Virus record (IMG/VR): IMGVR_UViG_3300009126_000404
Span: 64,001 to 128,000 of that record
Length of the DNA stretch: 64,000 bases
Source of the DNA: a virus
Reading direction: 5' to 3' (one strand)
The translations under genes were made by a program, and so were the position numbers. The notes beneath the pieces were generated by a model, which worked only from the letters and a program-made list of their open reading frames with translations, was not told the DNA's origin and did no database searches. Below are positions 29,149 through 38,478 of the stretch, piece by piece (position 1 is the first letter of the stretch; each line of letters begins with the position of its first letter).

Positions 29149-29177
29149 ATAATACTATAAATTATATGATTTGTCAA
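29149..29177 (-). promoter_or_regulatory. Sigma70-like promoter TTGACA-N17-TATTAT upstream of prs
   Basis: Hexamers at 29172-29177 and 29149-29154. Confidence 0.6.
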
Positions 29178-29186
29178 TAAGATTAA

Positions 29187-29828
29187 TTAATAAGTGTCCA
29201 CAATGGCATCTGCGATTCCGTGCTTAACAGCTTCTTCTGCCGTTAACCAAACGTCTTCAGCTGGTAGTAATATCTCACGTATTTTCTTTTCAGTCATGCC
29301 AGTACATTTTTTATAATGTTCTACCATACGTTTTGATGAAAGTTCAAACTCTTTGACACGTGCAAACAATTCATGTTCTTTACCACCTGAACCCCAACTA
29401 TATTGATGTGATAATATACTTGTGTTTCTTGTTAGCACACGCTTACCTTTTTGTCCTGACATAAATGTAAGAATTCCACATGATGCAATCATTCCTAAGC
29501 CTACAGTTTTAATAGGTAGTGCTGAGCCTTTCATTACATCAATTAAACCAAATGCGGCATGTACACTACCACCTGGGCTATTAATAATAAGGGTAAGCAT
29601 TTTCGGACGTTCGCTATCCGGTAGTAAATTCTTTTCTATAATCCATGCCACTACTGGCTTGGTTGATTCATATGTAAAATTGTCGGCAAAATAATAAATG
29701 CCTGATTCGTATAATACCTGTCCTGGTTGTTTTGGTGGCATCGGCAATGAATTAGGTTGAGCACCACCACCTTCTTCTAATGCTTGTCCCATTTCTCCAA
29801 TTGCTTTATGTAATTTTTCAATATTCAT
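29187..29828 (-). CDS. clpP: ATP-dependent Clp protease proteolytic subunit
   Basis: IINSPGGSV, GMIASCG (catalytic Ser), SHQ, WLTAEEAVKHGIADAI. Confidence 0.9.
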   Translation of the reverse strand: MNIEKLHKAIGEMGQALEEGGGAQPNSLPMPPKQPGQVLYESGIYYFADNFTYESTKPVVAWIIEKNLLPDSERPKMLTLIINSPGGSVHAAFGLIDVMKGSALPIKTVGLGMIASCGILTFMSGQKGKRVLTRNTSILSHQYSWGSGGKEHELFARVKEFELSSKRMVEHYKKCTGMTEKKIREILLPAEDVWLTAEEAVKHGIADAIVDTY

Positions 29829-29831
29829 TTA

Positions 29832-30203
29832 TTATCCTCTCGTTGTGTCGCCCGATGGGCGTTTAGGAATCACTTTACCAGTAACCTGTAACTTTTCATC
29901 ATCCATTGGATTAGTTTCTGATTCTAGTAGGCAATCCTCATTGTCTAGCAAGTAAAGTTTTAAATCATCATCTACTTGCATTCCGTTACTCCAACGTCCA
30001 TGATCAACAAGGACGTACTTTCCTTTTGTAATCCAATCGATGTCATTTCCTACACTGTATACTTTAAACCAACGTGGCCTTACAGCATTTTCTTGTCCAT
30101 CATTTTCAGTAATGATAATCCCACCTGCAGTTTTTTTCTCACCCGGTTTGTCTACCATCTCTGCTAAGATTTTATCTCGCATTGCTCTTATTACTCTAGT
30201 CAT
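29832..30203 (-). CDS. GroES-like co-chaperonin
   Basis: IRAMRDKILAE...KKTAGGIII...VYSVG pattern. Confidence 0.85.
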   Translation of the reverse strand: MTRVIRAMRDKILAEMVDKPGEKKTAGGIIITENDGQENAVRPRWFKVYSVGNDIDWITKGKYVLVDHGRWSNGMQVDDDLKLYLLDNEDCLLESETNPMDDEKLQVTGKVIPKRPSGDTTRG

Positions 30204-30214
30204 GTTCCCTCCAA

Positions 30215-30637
30215 TTACTGATTAATATCTTCCATACTACCATCACTGTACTCTACTTCAAAATATTGAGTACCGTCATCTCTAGTACGTCCTCTACGAC
30301 TTACTTCTGTAACTGGTTCTTTTGTTTTTGGTGTTGCTTTTGCTTTTGGTGTTGCTTGTTTCTTTGGAGCTGGTTTAGGTGGTTCAACAGTTTTCTTCTT
30401 TTCTGCTACTGTTTCATCTTCCTTAATGCTAATTTTTTCAGTGTCTGCTCCAGGTACATTATCTTTATAGAACTCTTTTGAAATCTTCTCTCTGGAGATA
30501 GTAACATTTCCTCTATTATCAATAATATCACCTCGAGCATTCATATTTAAATTGCTTACAGCTCTTGTGTCTTCGTGTTTCGCTGCCAGAGCACCCATGT
30601 CTAACATGCGACCCTTGGCGGTTTTAACTCTTTTCAT
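30215..30637 (-). CDS. Hypothetical protein with Lys/Pro-rich linker
   Basis: 140-aa ORF in operon context. Confidence 0.65.
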   Translation of the reverse strand: MKRVKTAKGRMLDMGALAAKHEDTRAVSNLNMNARGDIIDNRGNVTISREKISKEFYKDNVPGADTEKISIKEDETVAEKKKTVEPPKPAPKKQATPKAKATPKTKEPVTEVSRRGRTRDDGTQYFEVEYSDGSMEDINQ

Positions 30638-31140
30638 TTTAAAAACTCCTTGATATCAAGTTCGTATTTAATGCTGTCTATATGATGTATACCCAGCAAA
30701 TACAGACAGTAACTAGCTACACTACTGCCTCTTCCTACACCTAATACAATGTTATTTTTTTCACATGTCTCTACTAAGTATAGTAAAAATTTCAGCACAA
30801 TAATCATACCGCGTTTTTCATATTCAATAAGTTCGGTATAAACCCTGTCACGTTGTTGTGCTGATGTACAACGTTCCATTAACCATTCTTGTATATTTAT
30901 AGCCATATACTCGTTTGGCATATTCCATTTACGCAAACAATCTTCTACATATGTACTAGTTGTATTTTGCGGTTTTGCGTCAATAAACTGGTCTAAATCA
31001 AATGATTGGCACCATTCGTTATATATATTTATTGGTTTTGTATCTTCTACTACAACATCTGTTACATTGTTGCCAGATAACCACCCTTTAATAATATCCT
31101 GCTCAGATACTACATATTGCTTGTTTTTATTCATTTGCAT
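30634..31140 (-). CDS. Stand-alone fragment of DNA polymerase III alpha (DnaE) palm region
   Basis: GVGRGSSVASYCLYLLGIHHIDSIKYELDIKEFL matches the DnaE GRGS block; the ORF ends before the PDID motif. Confidence 0.75.
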   Translation of the reverse strand: MQMNKNKQYVVSEQDIIKGWLSGNNVTDVVVEDTKPINIYNEWCQSFDLDQFIDAKPQNTTSTYVEDCLRKWNMPNEYMAINIQEWLMERCTSAQQRDRVYTELIEYEKRGMIIVLKFLLYLVETCEKNNIVLGVGRGSSVASYCLYLLGIHHIDSIKYELDIKEFLK

Positions 31141-31152
31141 TCCACTATTATA

Positions 31153-31542
31153 TTACTTTTTCTTGTAAAAGTCAAGTATTTCATCTATTGATTTAGCCTT
31201 ATATGCGGCAAGTATCTTTTTTACGTCTGCTTTAGGCTTAGCCTTAAAATCAGCAAGTATTTTATCTACATTTGGGTTAGTTACAAGATCAGGAGGTATT
31301 GCTATTTCACCTAATTCTAAAACAGTACCATCTTCTTTTTCATTTTTCTTATACGCTTCACTTTCAGCTAATTGCATTTTATGATCTCTGATTAATGCTA
31401 TAAAAATATTAATCTGATCAATAAGTCCTTCTCCCATATGAGCCCTACTAGCCGCTAATACTCTTTTAAGCATTTGCTTCTCAAACTCAATGGTTTCTTC
31501 TAGGTTTAAATCTTCAAGTGGTTTGCCTTTGTAATCTATCAT
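31153..31542 (-). CDS. Hypothetical protein
   Basis: 129-aa ORF. Confidence 0.6.
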   Translation of the reverse strand: MIDYKGKPLEDLNLEETIEFEKQMLKRVLAASRAHMGEGLIDQINIFIALIRDHKMQLAESEAYKKNEKEDGTVLELGEIAIPPDLVTNPNVDKILADFKAKPKADVKKILAAYKAKSIDEILDFYKKK

Positions 31543-31545
31543 AAT

Positions 31546-32139
31546 TTAAATATTAGCATATATATCATCATGCACTCTTTGTACATAATCATTCCAATTA
31601 GCCAACGGTTGTTCATCTAAAAACTCTAACATTAGTTTATACTCTTTTTCATCATTTGTCAATATTTTTCCAATATCTACGTAATGAACTGGAACACTTG
31701 ATTGTTCAAGATAAGGCTTTAGTTCAATACCTTCTCTAAAACAATTAAAGTTGCCATATAAATTTTCTTTCCATTCTGGCCTAATTACAGGCATTCTTTT
31801 TAACATTTTATCCATTAGTATTCCTGATTCAGAAGTAACTACAATAACCTTTTCACATTGTGTATCTTTTAGTAATTGTTCATATTGCTCTTCATATTTG
31901 TGTAAACAATGTGCTGGAAATATTTTTAAATTAACTTTACCTTTTTGTGGAGGAGTAAAAGAATCTCCAATTGTCCATTCGCTACCTAAAACACCGTAGT
32001 CAGTAATTATATTATCTTTCTTTTTTGTTTGCAAAGTAACGTTTAAATTGGCTTTAGCATGTTCAGGATGACTATTAATAAAGTAATTTAGCCAAGTACC
32101 ATGAGAACCTGCATCAAATAAGGTCCAACTTACTGACAC
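31546..32139 (-). CDS. Hypothetical protein (possible remote sulfotransferase/P-loop fold)
   Basis: N-terminal FDAGSHGTWLNYFI loop; C-terminal YKLMLEFLD. Confidence 0.55.
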   Translation of the reverse strand: MSVSWTLFDAGSHGTWLNYFINSHPEHAKANLNVTLQTKKKDNIITDYGVLGSEWTIGDSFTPPQKGKVNLKIFPAHCLHKYEEQYEQLLKDTQCEKVIVVTSESGILMDKMLKRMPVIRPEWKENLYGNFNCFREGIELKPYLEQSSVPVHYVDIGKILTNDEKEYKLMLEFLDEQPLANWNDYVQRVHDDIYANI

Positions 32140-32553
32140 TTATAAATCGCCTGTTTGTCTATTCTCACTGTAATGAACATCAAACTCTCCACCAGGATAA
32201 CGTGATTTTAGTTTGTGTACATTTTCTGCTATGACTTCATTAGGGTCGAGACCCAAAGCCCTACAAGAACTAATCCAATACCACATAATATCACCAAGCT
32301 CTCGTTTAGCATGAAAGATAGTTTCATCGTCCAATGGTTTACCTTGGAATATACATTTTTTAACAATTTCTGCAAATTCGCCTCCTTCACTTGCTATACC
32401 TATTGCACCAGTTAAAAGTGTTGCAATATTAACTCCTGATTCTTCTTCAAGATTTCGAATTTTATTTGCTAAGGCTTCTGTGTTACCACTTTCGCTACTT
32501 GTAACTGCCTCTACAAACTCTTTATATTTATTTAAGTCAATTTGTTTTGTCAT
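32140..32553 (-). CDS. mazG: MazG-like nucleotide pyrophosphohydrolase
   Basis: SEGGEFAEIVKK...ELGDIMWY...ENVHKLKSRYP. Confidence 0.9.
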   Translation of the reverse strand: MTKQIDLNKYKEFVEAVTSSESGNTEALANKIRNLEEESGVNIATLLTGAIGIASEGGEFAEIVKKCIFQGKPLDDETIFHAKRELGDIMWYWISSCRALGLDPNEVIAENVHKLKSRYPGGEFDVHYSENRQTGDL

Positions 32554-32939
32554 TAGTCTACTTTTGGTAATTCTACTATAAATTTTTCATTTGTTGCAAC
32601 TTTGTCCATGTCAAAATTTACACTCTCTCCACATCCACAACTACTTTTAGCTGATGGATTTACTACTTCTAACATAGTTCCAACTATATCATGTTTTAAT
32701 TCAAGTGTTGTACCTACTAAAAACATAATACTTGAACTATCAACAGCCATCTTATATCCATTGTCCATTACAATAACATGATCTGCTTTTGTGTCAAGGT
32801 CTTTCTCTTCTTTTAACTGCCATTCATAACTAAAACCTGCACACCCGCCACCTTTAAGACCTAGTACAGGAATCTTACCTTCGTTTGAATCACTTATTCC
32901 TTTTAGATGCATTGCGGCATCGTTTGTTACATTAATCAT
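32553..32939 (-). CDS. iscA: HesB/IscA A-type Fe-S cluster carrier
   Basis: GGGCAGFSY and NPSAKSSCGCGES. Confidence 0.93.
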   Translation of the reverse strand: MINVTNDAAMHLKGISDSNEGKIPVLGLKGGGCAGFSYEWQLKEEKDLDTKADHVIVMDNGYKMAVDSSSIMFLVGTTLELKHDIVGTMLEVVNPSAKSSCGCGESVNFDMDKVATNEKFIVELPKVD

Positions 32940-33463
32940 TTTTCTATCTCCAGTGATGATATAAGCTCTAATGGCTCAGTATTTAAATACTTGAGGTTAA
33001 TTATTGTTACACCACCTAATACTGTTGCACCTGTTCGCTCAACTAATCGTTTAGTAGCAATCATACTCCCACCTGTTGCAACTAGATCATCTGCTATTAA
33101 AACTCTACTCGTATGTCCTAAAATACCTTGTTGCAATGTAAGTGTAGCCTTACCATATTCTAATTTATAACTTTCTCTTAGTAATCTACCAGGGTATTTA
33201 GCACCTTTTTTACGTACCATAACAAATGGAATATTTAAATCGTACGATAATGCGGCTCCTAGTACAAATCCTCTACTTTCAATACCAACTATATGTGTTG
33301 GTAAACGTTCTAGTCTAGCATCTATCTCATCTGCTAGATTTTGAACTTCTGGTATCCATAAATCACTAGCAAATAAACTATTAACATCATAAAAATTAAC
33401 ACCCTTAATAGGATAATCTTTAACTGTTCTTATATAATCTTTAATATTCATTATATGTTCCAC
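32936..33463 (-). CDS. apt: Adenine phosphoribosyltransferase
   Basis: IESRGF, VRKKG, YKLEYG, ADDLVATGGS. Confidence 0.92.
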   Translation of the reverse strand: MEHIMNIKDYIRTVKDYPIKGVNFYDVNSLFASDLWIPEVQNLADEIDARLERLPTHIVGIESRGFVLGAALSYDLNIPFVMVRKKGAKYPGRLLRESYKLEYGKATLTLQQGILGHTSRVLIADDLVATGGSMIATKRLVERTGATVLGGVTIINLKYLNTEPLELISSLEIEK

Positions 33464-34377
33464 TCCTTATTAATTTTGCCTTCGCTAGGTCCATTTGCTG
33501 TGAATAAGTGTGGCAATTTTGGTGATACTCGGAATCCAGCATATTGGATCCAATCCATCCATAAACTATGTGCTGATGGCACTCTTGGAAAACTGTTAGG
33601 ACCTTTAATATAATTATATAATAATGCTGAAAACATGTCTACTGGTTGTCTTATATATAGTCCATTTTTTGTAAACTCACCTCCATCAAACAAATACATA
33701 TGATCATTAGCATAAGGTGTACTATTATATTCAAAAATACAATCATCTGAACATAAACAACCCGGCACCGTGTACATACCTTTAAATTCACCTTGTTTGT
33801 TTACCCAATTATGCAAAATATCTTTAAACTTTTCTTTATTAGTAGTAACCCATTCATGTCCATTAAAATATTTAATCATCAAATCCCATCTTACTTTTAC
33901 TACAAAACTATAAAAAGTTTTCTGCCAGTGTAAACTAGTTAGTAAAAACGATTCATGTGCTGACCAAACTTGTCCAACTGTTCCCTTTATTCTTTCTTTA
34001 GCAAACTCTATATAATTCGTATCTGATTTGCCTTTAAGCATATCCATATATTCTGGTTTATTATACCATTCTTGGTTTGTTTGAAAAAACTGCTCCCAGA
34101 CAGGAAAATATTGACTGCCATTCATAACATTGTGTATTGGTCTAAGATCTGTAATAGCATCCCAAATTATCTCTTGGTCATCACTTCTATATTCTGTAAA
34201 CTTATCTAATACCTCAGAATGCGGATCTTCATGATCTGCCCAAGTGTGCCCAAACAAGTCATAATCAAATTCATCAAATAAATCGAGAATTTCATAAAAA
34301 TCTTGTGTATACCTTGGATCTTTATTAAAATGTCTGGTTTGCCCACTAAAACAAATTGCTATTTTCTTTTTTTCCAT
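33451..34377 (-). CDS. Hypothetical protein, glycosyltransferase-like
   Basis: KIAICFSGQTR N-terminus and VKVRWD motif, as in phage GT-like proteins. Confidence 0.5.
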   Translation of the reverse strand: MEKKKIAICFSGQTRHFNKDPRYTQDFYEILDLFDEFDYDLFGHTWADHEDPHSEVLDKFTEYRSDDQEIIWDAITDLRPIHNVMNGSQYFPVWEQFFQTNQEWYNKPEYMDMLKGKSDTNYIEFAKERIKGTVGQVWSAHESFLLTSLHWQKTFYSFVVKVRWDLMIKYFNGHEWVTTNKEKFKDILHNWVNKQGEFKGMYTVPGCLCSDDCIFEYNSTPYANDHMYLFDGGEFTKNGLYIRQPVDMFSALLYNYIKGPNSFPRVPSAHSLWMDWIQYAGFRVSPKLPHLFTANGPSEGKINKEWNI

Positions 34378-34710
34378 TTATTTGTCTGCATCATAATCAG
34401 GTGGAAACCCACCATACAACCCTGAAGGGTCTGATGAATAATACGGATCATTAAACATAGGATCATCTTCACTAGTGACGCCTTTAATTTCTGGAATGAA
34501 ATGCATTAATGTACTTTCTATTCCTAGTTTAAGTGTTTCTGTACTACTAGCACATCCACTGCAACTTCCACTCATTTGCATATGTAAAATACCAGTTTCT
34601 TCATCAAAATTTAAGACGTTTACTTGCCCACCGTGTTGTGCTACATTAGGTACAACATACTGTTCCATAACATCATCTATTTCTTTTAATAATTCTTCTT
34701 TAGTTTTCAT
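34378..34710 (-). CDS. NifU/NfuA C-terminal Fe-S scaffold domain
   Basis: PNVAQHGGQV...SGSCSGCASSTETLKLGIE. Confidence 0.92.
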   Translation of the reverse strand: MKTKEELLKEIDDVMEQYVVPNVAQHGGQVNVLNFDEETGILHMQMSGSCSGCASSTETLKLGIESTLMHFIPEIKGVTSEDDPMFNDPYYSSDPSGLYGGFPPDYDADK

Positions 34711-34718
34711 ATCTATTC

Positions 34719-35267
34719 CTATAATATATGTGCATGTTCTAAGGCTTCATAGCCAAACCACATTGCAAATATTAAAAATGCATAACGTGTAATATTAAAT
34801 AATGCACGAGTATCTTTGTAATTCCTTAATACTTTGTATAGCATTGCAACAAATATTACTGCAAAACCTGCACCTGTCCAACTTACTACAGTATTGTTAA
34901 TCGCCTGAAACATAAATGTAAAAACTTCCATGCTTTCGCGAAAGAATATAAACCATACTGTAAATATTCCTGCCCAAAATGTTGCTGTATTATCAGCAAT
35001 TGCTTGAACGTGCCCTTTAATATGTGCTGGTAAATTATTACTAGTAAAAAACAAGTAAAGCATTAGCCCTGATAGCATTGCATACATAATTACTTCGTAA
35101 TTCTCTAAGAATTCACCTAGTAACACACCACCTGCTAATCCACTAAGCAGTCCAACACTACCTGCGGTAATTAATTTCTTATCTAATGAAACTGTTGATG
35201 TAATCATAAACAACAAAAACATCATCTCTAAGGCTTCACGCCCTACATATATAAAACTTGCTAACAT
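34719..35267 (-). CDS. Minimal FTR1-family iron permease
   Basis: Two RExxE motifs (REALE, RESME) in a highly hydrophobic 182-aa protein. Confidence 0.7.
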   Translation of the reverse strand: MLASFIYVGREALEMMFLLFMITSTVSLDKKLITAGSVGLLSGLAGGVLLGEFLENYEVIMYAMLSGLMLYLFFTSNNLPAHIKGHVQAIADNTATFWAGIFTVWFIFFRESMEVFTFMFQAINNTVVSWTGAGFAVIFVAMLYKVLRNYKDTRALFNITRYAFLIFAMWFGYEALEHAHIL

Positions 35268-35271
35268 TGAA

Positions 35272-35622
35272 CTAATCGCCCTTTCCTGGTTTCAATGAGA
35301 GTAATTCTCTCTTATTTGGTTTATCCGCCCATTCTTTTGCGTCAGGCGGAACATCTTCTGGTCTTAGTACTGTAATATTTGGCCAAACTTCCGACATCTC
35401 AGTATTAATCTTCATCCAATAATCTAATTCTGTTCCTTCTAACGCACTGTCTGGAACAATTGCGTCAACAGGACATTCTGGTTCACAGACACCACAATCA
35501 ATACATTCGTCTGGGTTAATTACTAAAAAGTTTTCACCTTCATAGAAGCAATCAACTGGACATACTTCCATACAATCCATATGTTTACATTTAATACATT
35601 CTTCTTTAACTAAGTATGTCAT
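35272..35622 (-). CDS. fdxA: 7Fe (3Fe-4S/4Fe-4S) ferredoxin
   Basis: [21 protein letters not shown]...[17 protein letters not shown]. Confidence 0.95.
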   Translation of the reverse strand: MTYLVKEECIKCKHMDCMEVCPVDCFYEGENFLVINPDECIDCGVCEPECPVDAIVPDSALEGTELDYWMKINTEMSEVWPNITVLRPEDVPPDAKEWADKPNKRELLSLKPGKGD

Positions 35623-36992
35623 TAGTAACTCATATCTTCATCAATATTATACCAAAATATCTTTTCATTAGCAATGATATTAAAAAGTGTTTGCACACCA
35701 AATCCTGCCGCACCTTTTGGAGTAGTTGTTGATCCTTTTTTTGCCCATGCCATGCCAGCAATATCTAAATGAGCCCAAGGTGTTTTCTTATCAACAAAGC
35801 GATATAAAAATTCTGCGGCTGTTGTTGAACCACCATATGCTCCACCAATATTCTGCATGTCAGCTATATCTGAATCAATCATTTTGTTCCAATTCTTGCC
35901 CATTGGCATACGAAAAAATTCCTCATCTACTTTTTTACCATTTAATTTAATTGCTTTTTCTAAATCATTACTGTTTGTAAATAAGCCTGCCATTTCATGT
36001 CCAAGTGTTGCAACAATTGCTCCTGTTAATGTTGCTAAATTAATTATAGCAGATGGCTTATATTCATTTTGTACATAAGTCAATATGTCTGCGAGTACAA
36101 GTCTACCTTCTGCATCTGTATTTAAATTTTCTACTGTTTGCCCACTTAATGATGTAACAACATCACCGGGTTTAATTGCTGTACCATCTGGCATATTTTC
36201 TACTAAACCTACAATACCAACTACATTCTTTTTTATATTTTTTGAAGCAATGGCGTGTAATGCCCCAACTACCGCGGCACTGCCACCCATATCGTATTTC
36301 ATGTCACCCATGTTACGACCTGGTTTAAGACTAATACCACCGGTGTCAAATGTAACACCTTTACCTACTAATGCAAATGGAGCATCTTCTTTAGCACCTT
36401 TCATATATTCCATCACAACTACATAACTGTCTTTTTCAGAACCTTGTCCTACACTTAATAGTAAGTTAAGACCCATTTCTTCTAGTTGTGCTTGATGATA
36501 AATTTTAACTGTAACACCTAAAGGTGAAAGTTGTTCATTAATACGTCTAGCATACTCTGCTGGGTATAAAACGTTACCAGGTTCACTAACTAAATCACGT
36601 GCAAAGTTTACACTTTTTGAAATACCAGAATCTTCTGTTGAAAATTCTACACTTTTTGGATCTGTTTTATATTTGTCAAAATTATAACTTGAAAGTGCCA
36701 TACCTTCATTAATACTATCCATATGTTTTGTGTTAATATCAAAATGAATTTCGTTCGCTACATCCTTAAACTTATTATACATACTACCACCTAATTTACG
36801 TGCTTTATTGGCAGTTTTTGGCAAAGATTTAATTACTGTAATATAATCATAGTCCTTATGAGCGAACTTAATATCAATTGATTTTGTTTTACTCTTAATA
36901 GCAAGTTGTTCTGATGCTCTTTTAACAGAATCACCTAGTTTTTTTGCCTGCTTACTACCTGAAAGTACTATAATTGCTTTGGTTAAAGCCAT
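35622..36992 (-). CDS. pepA: Leucyl aminopeptidase (M17)
   Basis: [40 protein letters not shown]. Confidence 0.96.
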   Translation of the reverse strand: MALTKAIIVLSGSKQAKKLGDSVKRASEQLAIKSKTKSIDIKFAHKDYDYITVIKSLPKTANKARKLGGSMYNKFKDVANEIHFDINTKHMDSINEGMALSSYNFDKYKTDPKSVEFSTEDSGISKSVNFARDLVSEPGNVLYPAEYARRINEQLSPLGVTVKIYHQAQLEEMGLNLLLSVGQGSEKDSYVVVMEYMKGAKEDAPFALVGKGVTFDTGGISLKPGRNMGDMKYDMGGSAAVVGALHAIASKNIKKNVVGIVGLVENMPDGTAIKPGDVVTSLSGQTVENLNTDAEGRLVLADILTYVQNEYKPSAIINLATLTGAIVATLGHEMAGLFTNSNDLEKAIKLNGKKVDEEFFRMPMGKNWNKMIDSDIADMQNIGGAYGGSTTAAEFLYRFVDKKTPWAHLDIAGMAWAKKGSTTTPKGAAGFGVQTLFNIIANEKIFWYNIDEDMSY

Positions 36993-37021
36993 AAATCTCC
37001 TTATAATAGAATCTTATACAT

Positions 37022-37050
37022 ATTATAAAAGAAATACCTATTTTTGTCAA
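37022..37050 (-). promoter_or_regulatory. Sigma70 promoter TTGACA-N17-TATAAT for the pepA/Fe-S operon
   Basis: Exact hexamers at 37045-37050 and 37022-37027. Confidence 0.8.
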
Positions 37051-37074
37051 TGATATTCTTTGTTTAATGGGAAT

Positions 37075-37107
37075 ATTTACTTAGCCGCATAGTACGGCTA
37101 AGTAAAT
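37075..37107 (-). terminator. 13-bp perfect hairpin downstream of the 88-aa gene
   Basis: atttacttagccg-catagta-cggctaagtaaat. Confidence 0.7.
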
Positions 37108-37115
37108 TAAGTTTA

Positions 37116-37382
37116 TTAGCCTCGGGAATTAATTACCCAAGATGTTCCTGCACCAGAACCAGGTCCGTCGTCTACAGATGTTTCAGCTTCGTGTGCCGCA
37201 CATTCTGCTTCGTCAGCATACGTTATATTGATAATAACGCCTGTACTGTCTTCGGTTAAAGCGATTGTCGAGTCGAACTCTCTTTGAGTTCCACAAGGAC
37301 CGTGTGCAGTGATCCATGCGTCAGTATCTGCATATACTGTGCCTGCGTCTGATGTAATTGTATAATTTTTAACAAATGCCAT
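37116..37382 (-). CDS. Small acidic protein (88 aa), monocistronic
   Basis: AAGGAG RBS, own late-type promoter (37420-37427) and terminator hairpin; visibly higher GC than flanks. Confidence 0.85.
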   Translation of the reverse strand: MAFVKNYTITSDAGTVYADTDAWITAHGPCGTQREFDSTIALTEDSTGVIINITYADEAECAAHEAETSVDDGPGSGAGTSWVINSRG

Positions 37383-37419
37383 GTTTATTTCTCCTTAAGG
37401 TATATTTACTATACTACAT

Positions 37420-37475
37420 TATTTATGACAATTGGCTAATATACCGATTGACAAACGGATAAATATGTATATAAT
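37420..37475. promoter_or_regulatory. Divergent promoter region: CATAAATA (-, 37420-37427); TTGACA-N16-TATAAT (+, 37448-37475) containing GATAAATA (+, 37458-37465)
   Basis: Motifs read directly in the intergenic gap. Confidence 0.6.
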
Positions 37476-37502
37476 AAAATAACAACAATTGGAGAGATTA
37501 TT

Positions 37503-37793
37503 ATGCAAAAATGGTTTAATTGGAGTCATTTAAGAAACACAGAAAAATATAATACTAAAATCCGTGGAAACGCAATAGTGTTATATTTTAAACATATGTG
37601 GATTGGATTTAGAGAAGCAGGTAAGCAATTATTACTTGCATTTGCTAGTTTTATACATGCTATATTTCCACCATTATTCGATTTTAAGTTATTAGATATA
37701 GTAATTAACCAAACAATTGGATTATATAAGTATCTGCCACACCACCCTGGATGGAAAAGATTAAAAGATGAACTTAAGAACAATTCTAAGTAA
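37503..37793 (+). CDS. Hypothetical protein
   Basis: GGAG RBS; 96 aa; NWSHL...HAIFP. Confidence 0.65.
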   Translation: MQKWFNWSHLRNTEKYNTKIRGNAIVLYFKHMWIGFREAGKQLLLAFASFIHAIFPPLFDFKLLDIVINQTIGLYKYLPHHPGWKRLKDELKNNSK

Positions 37794-38478
37794 TGGATGC
37801 ACAATAAGTACCAGCGGCACCACAGGTCCTAAGAAGCCTATATGGCAAAGCCCAGAAAAGATTTACTTTGCAAACAAAGCGGCCGTAAGATGTCAAAAAA
37901 TTACTGAAAAGAGTAAAATCTTAACAGTATGTACATTAGATCATGCAGGTGGGTTGTTCGCACAAACACTTCCTGCAATAAGTGTTGATGCTCATGTAGA
38001 CATAGAACCATATAACCCATATACATGGATTAAAAATATTCAAAACGGATATACGCATAGCCATTTAACACCTAACATGGCTAGAGGTATTATGGCTACT
38101 AAAACATTTAAAAATGGATTTGATTTTAATGGAATAACTATTATGTGTGGTAGCGATAGAGTGCATAGTAATATTATTAAAGCATTTATTGACAAAGGTG
38201 CTACATTTATCGTTAATTGGGGCATGAGTGAAGTAGGGCCAGTTGCTATTAATAAAATATTTAACAAAGGTGATACAGTAGTAGAACATGAAAGCATTAT
38301 GGGAGACACTATTTACTGTGATACAAAAATCATAGATAATGAACTTCATGTTAAAGGTGACATTTGTGTTTTTGACGATTGGTTTGCTACAGGTGATTTA
38401 GTGGAATACAAAGATAGTACTTATTGGTTTCTAGGAAGAAAAAATAATACAGAGGAGAAACAAAGATGCGTAAATTAA
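37768..38478 (+). CDS. Truncated AMP-binding (adenylate-forming) enzyme
   Basis: STSGTTGPKK (A3), NWGMSE (A5), FATGDL (A7), GRK (A8). Confidence 0.85.
   Translation: MNLRTILSNGCTISTSGTTGPKKPIWQSPEKIYFANKAAVRCQKITEKSKILTVCTLDHAGGLFAQTLPAISVDAHVDIEPYNPYTWIKNIQNGYTHSHLTPNMARGIMATKTFKNGFDFNGITIMCGSDRVHSNIIKAFIDKGATFIVNWGMSEVGPVAINKIFNKGDTVVEHESIMGDTIYCDTKIIDNELHVKGDICVFDDWFATGDLVEYKDSTYWFLGRKNNTEEKQRCVN

Noticed and set aside
27067-36992. Bacterial chromosome origin, suggested by prs, apt, clpP, pepA, iscA and fdxA
   Set aside because: These genes are mixed with T4-like replication genes, late promoters and phage-type orphans in non-bacterial order, with no ribosomal or core operons
37116-37382. 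88-aa protein as an acyl/peptidyl carrier protein (acidic, D37-S38, next to an adenylating enzyme)
   Set aside because: No G-x-D-S-L context, and the sequence looks beta/coil-rich rather than a four-helix carrier fold; kept only as a candidate substrate
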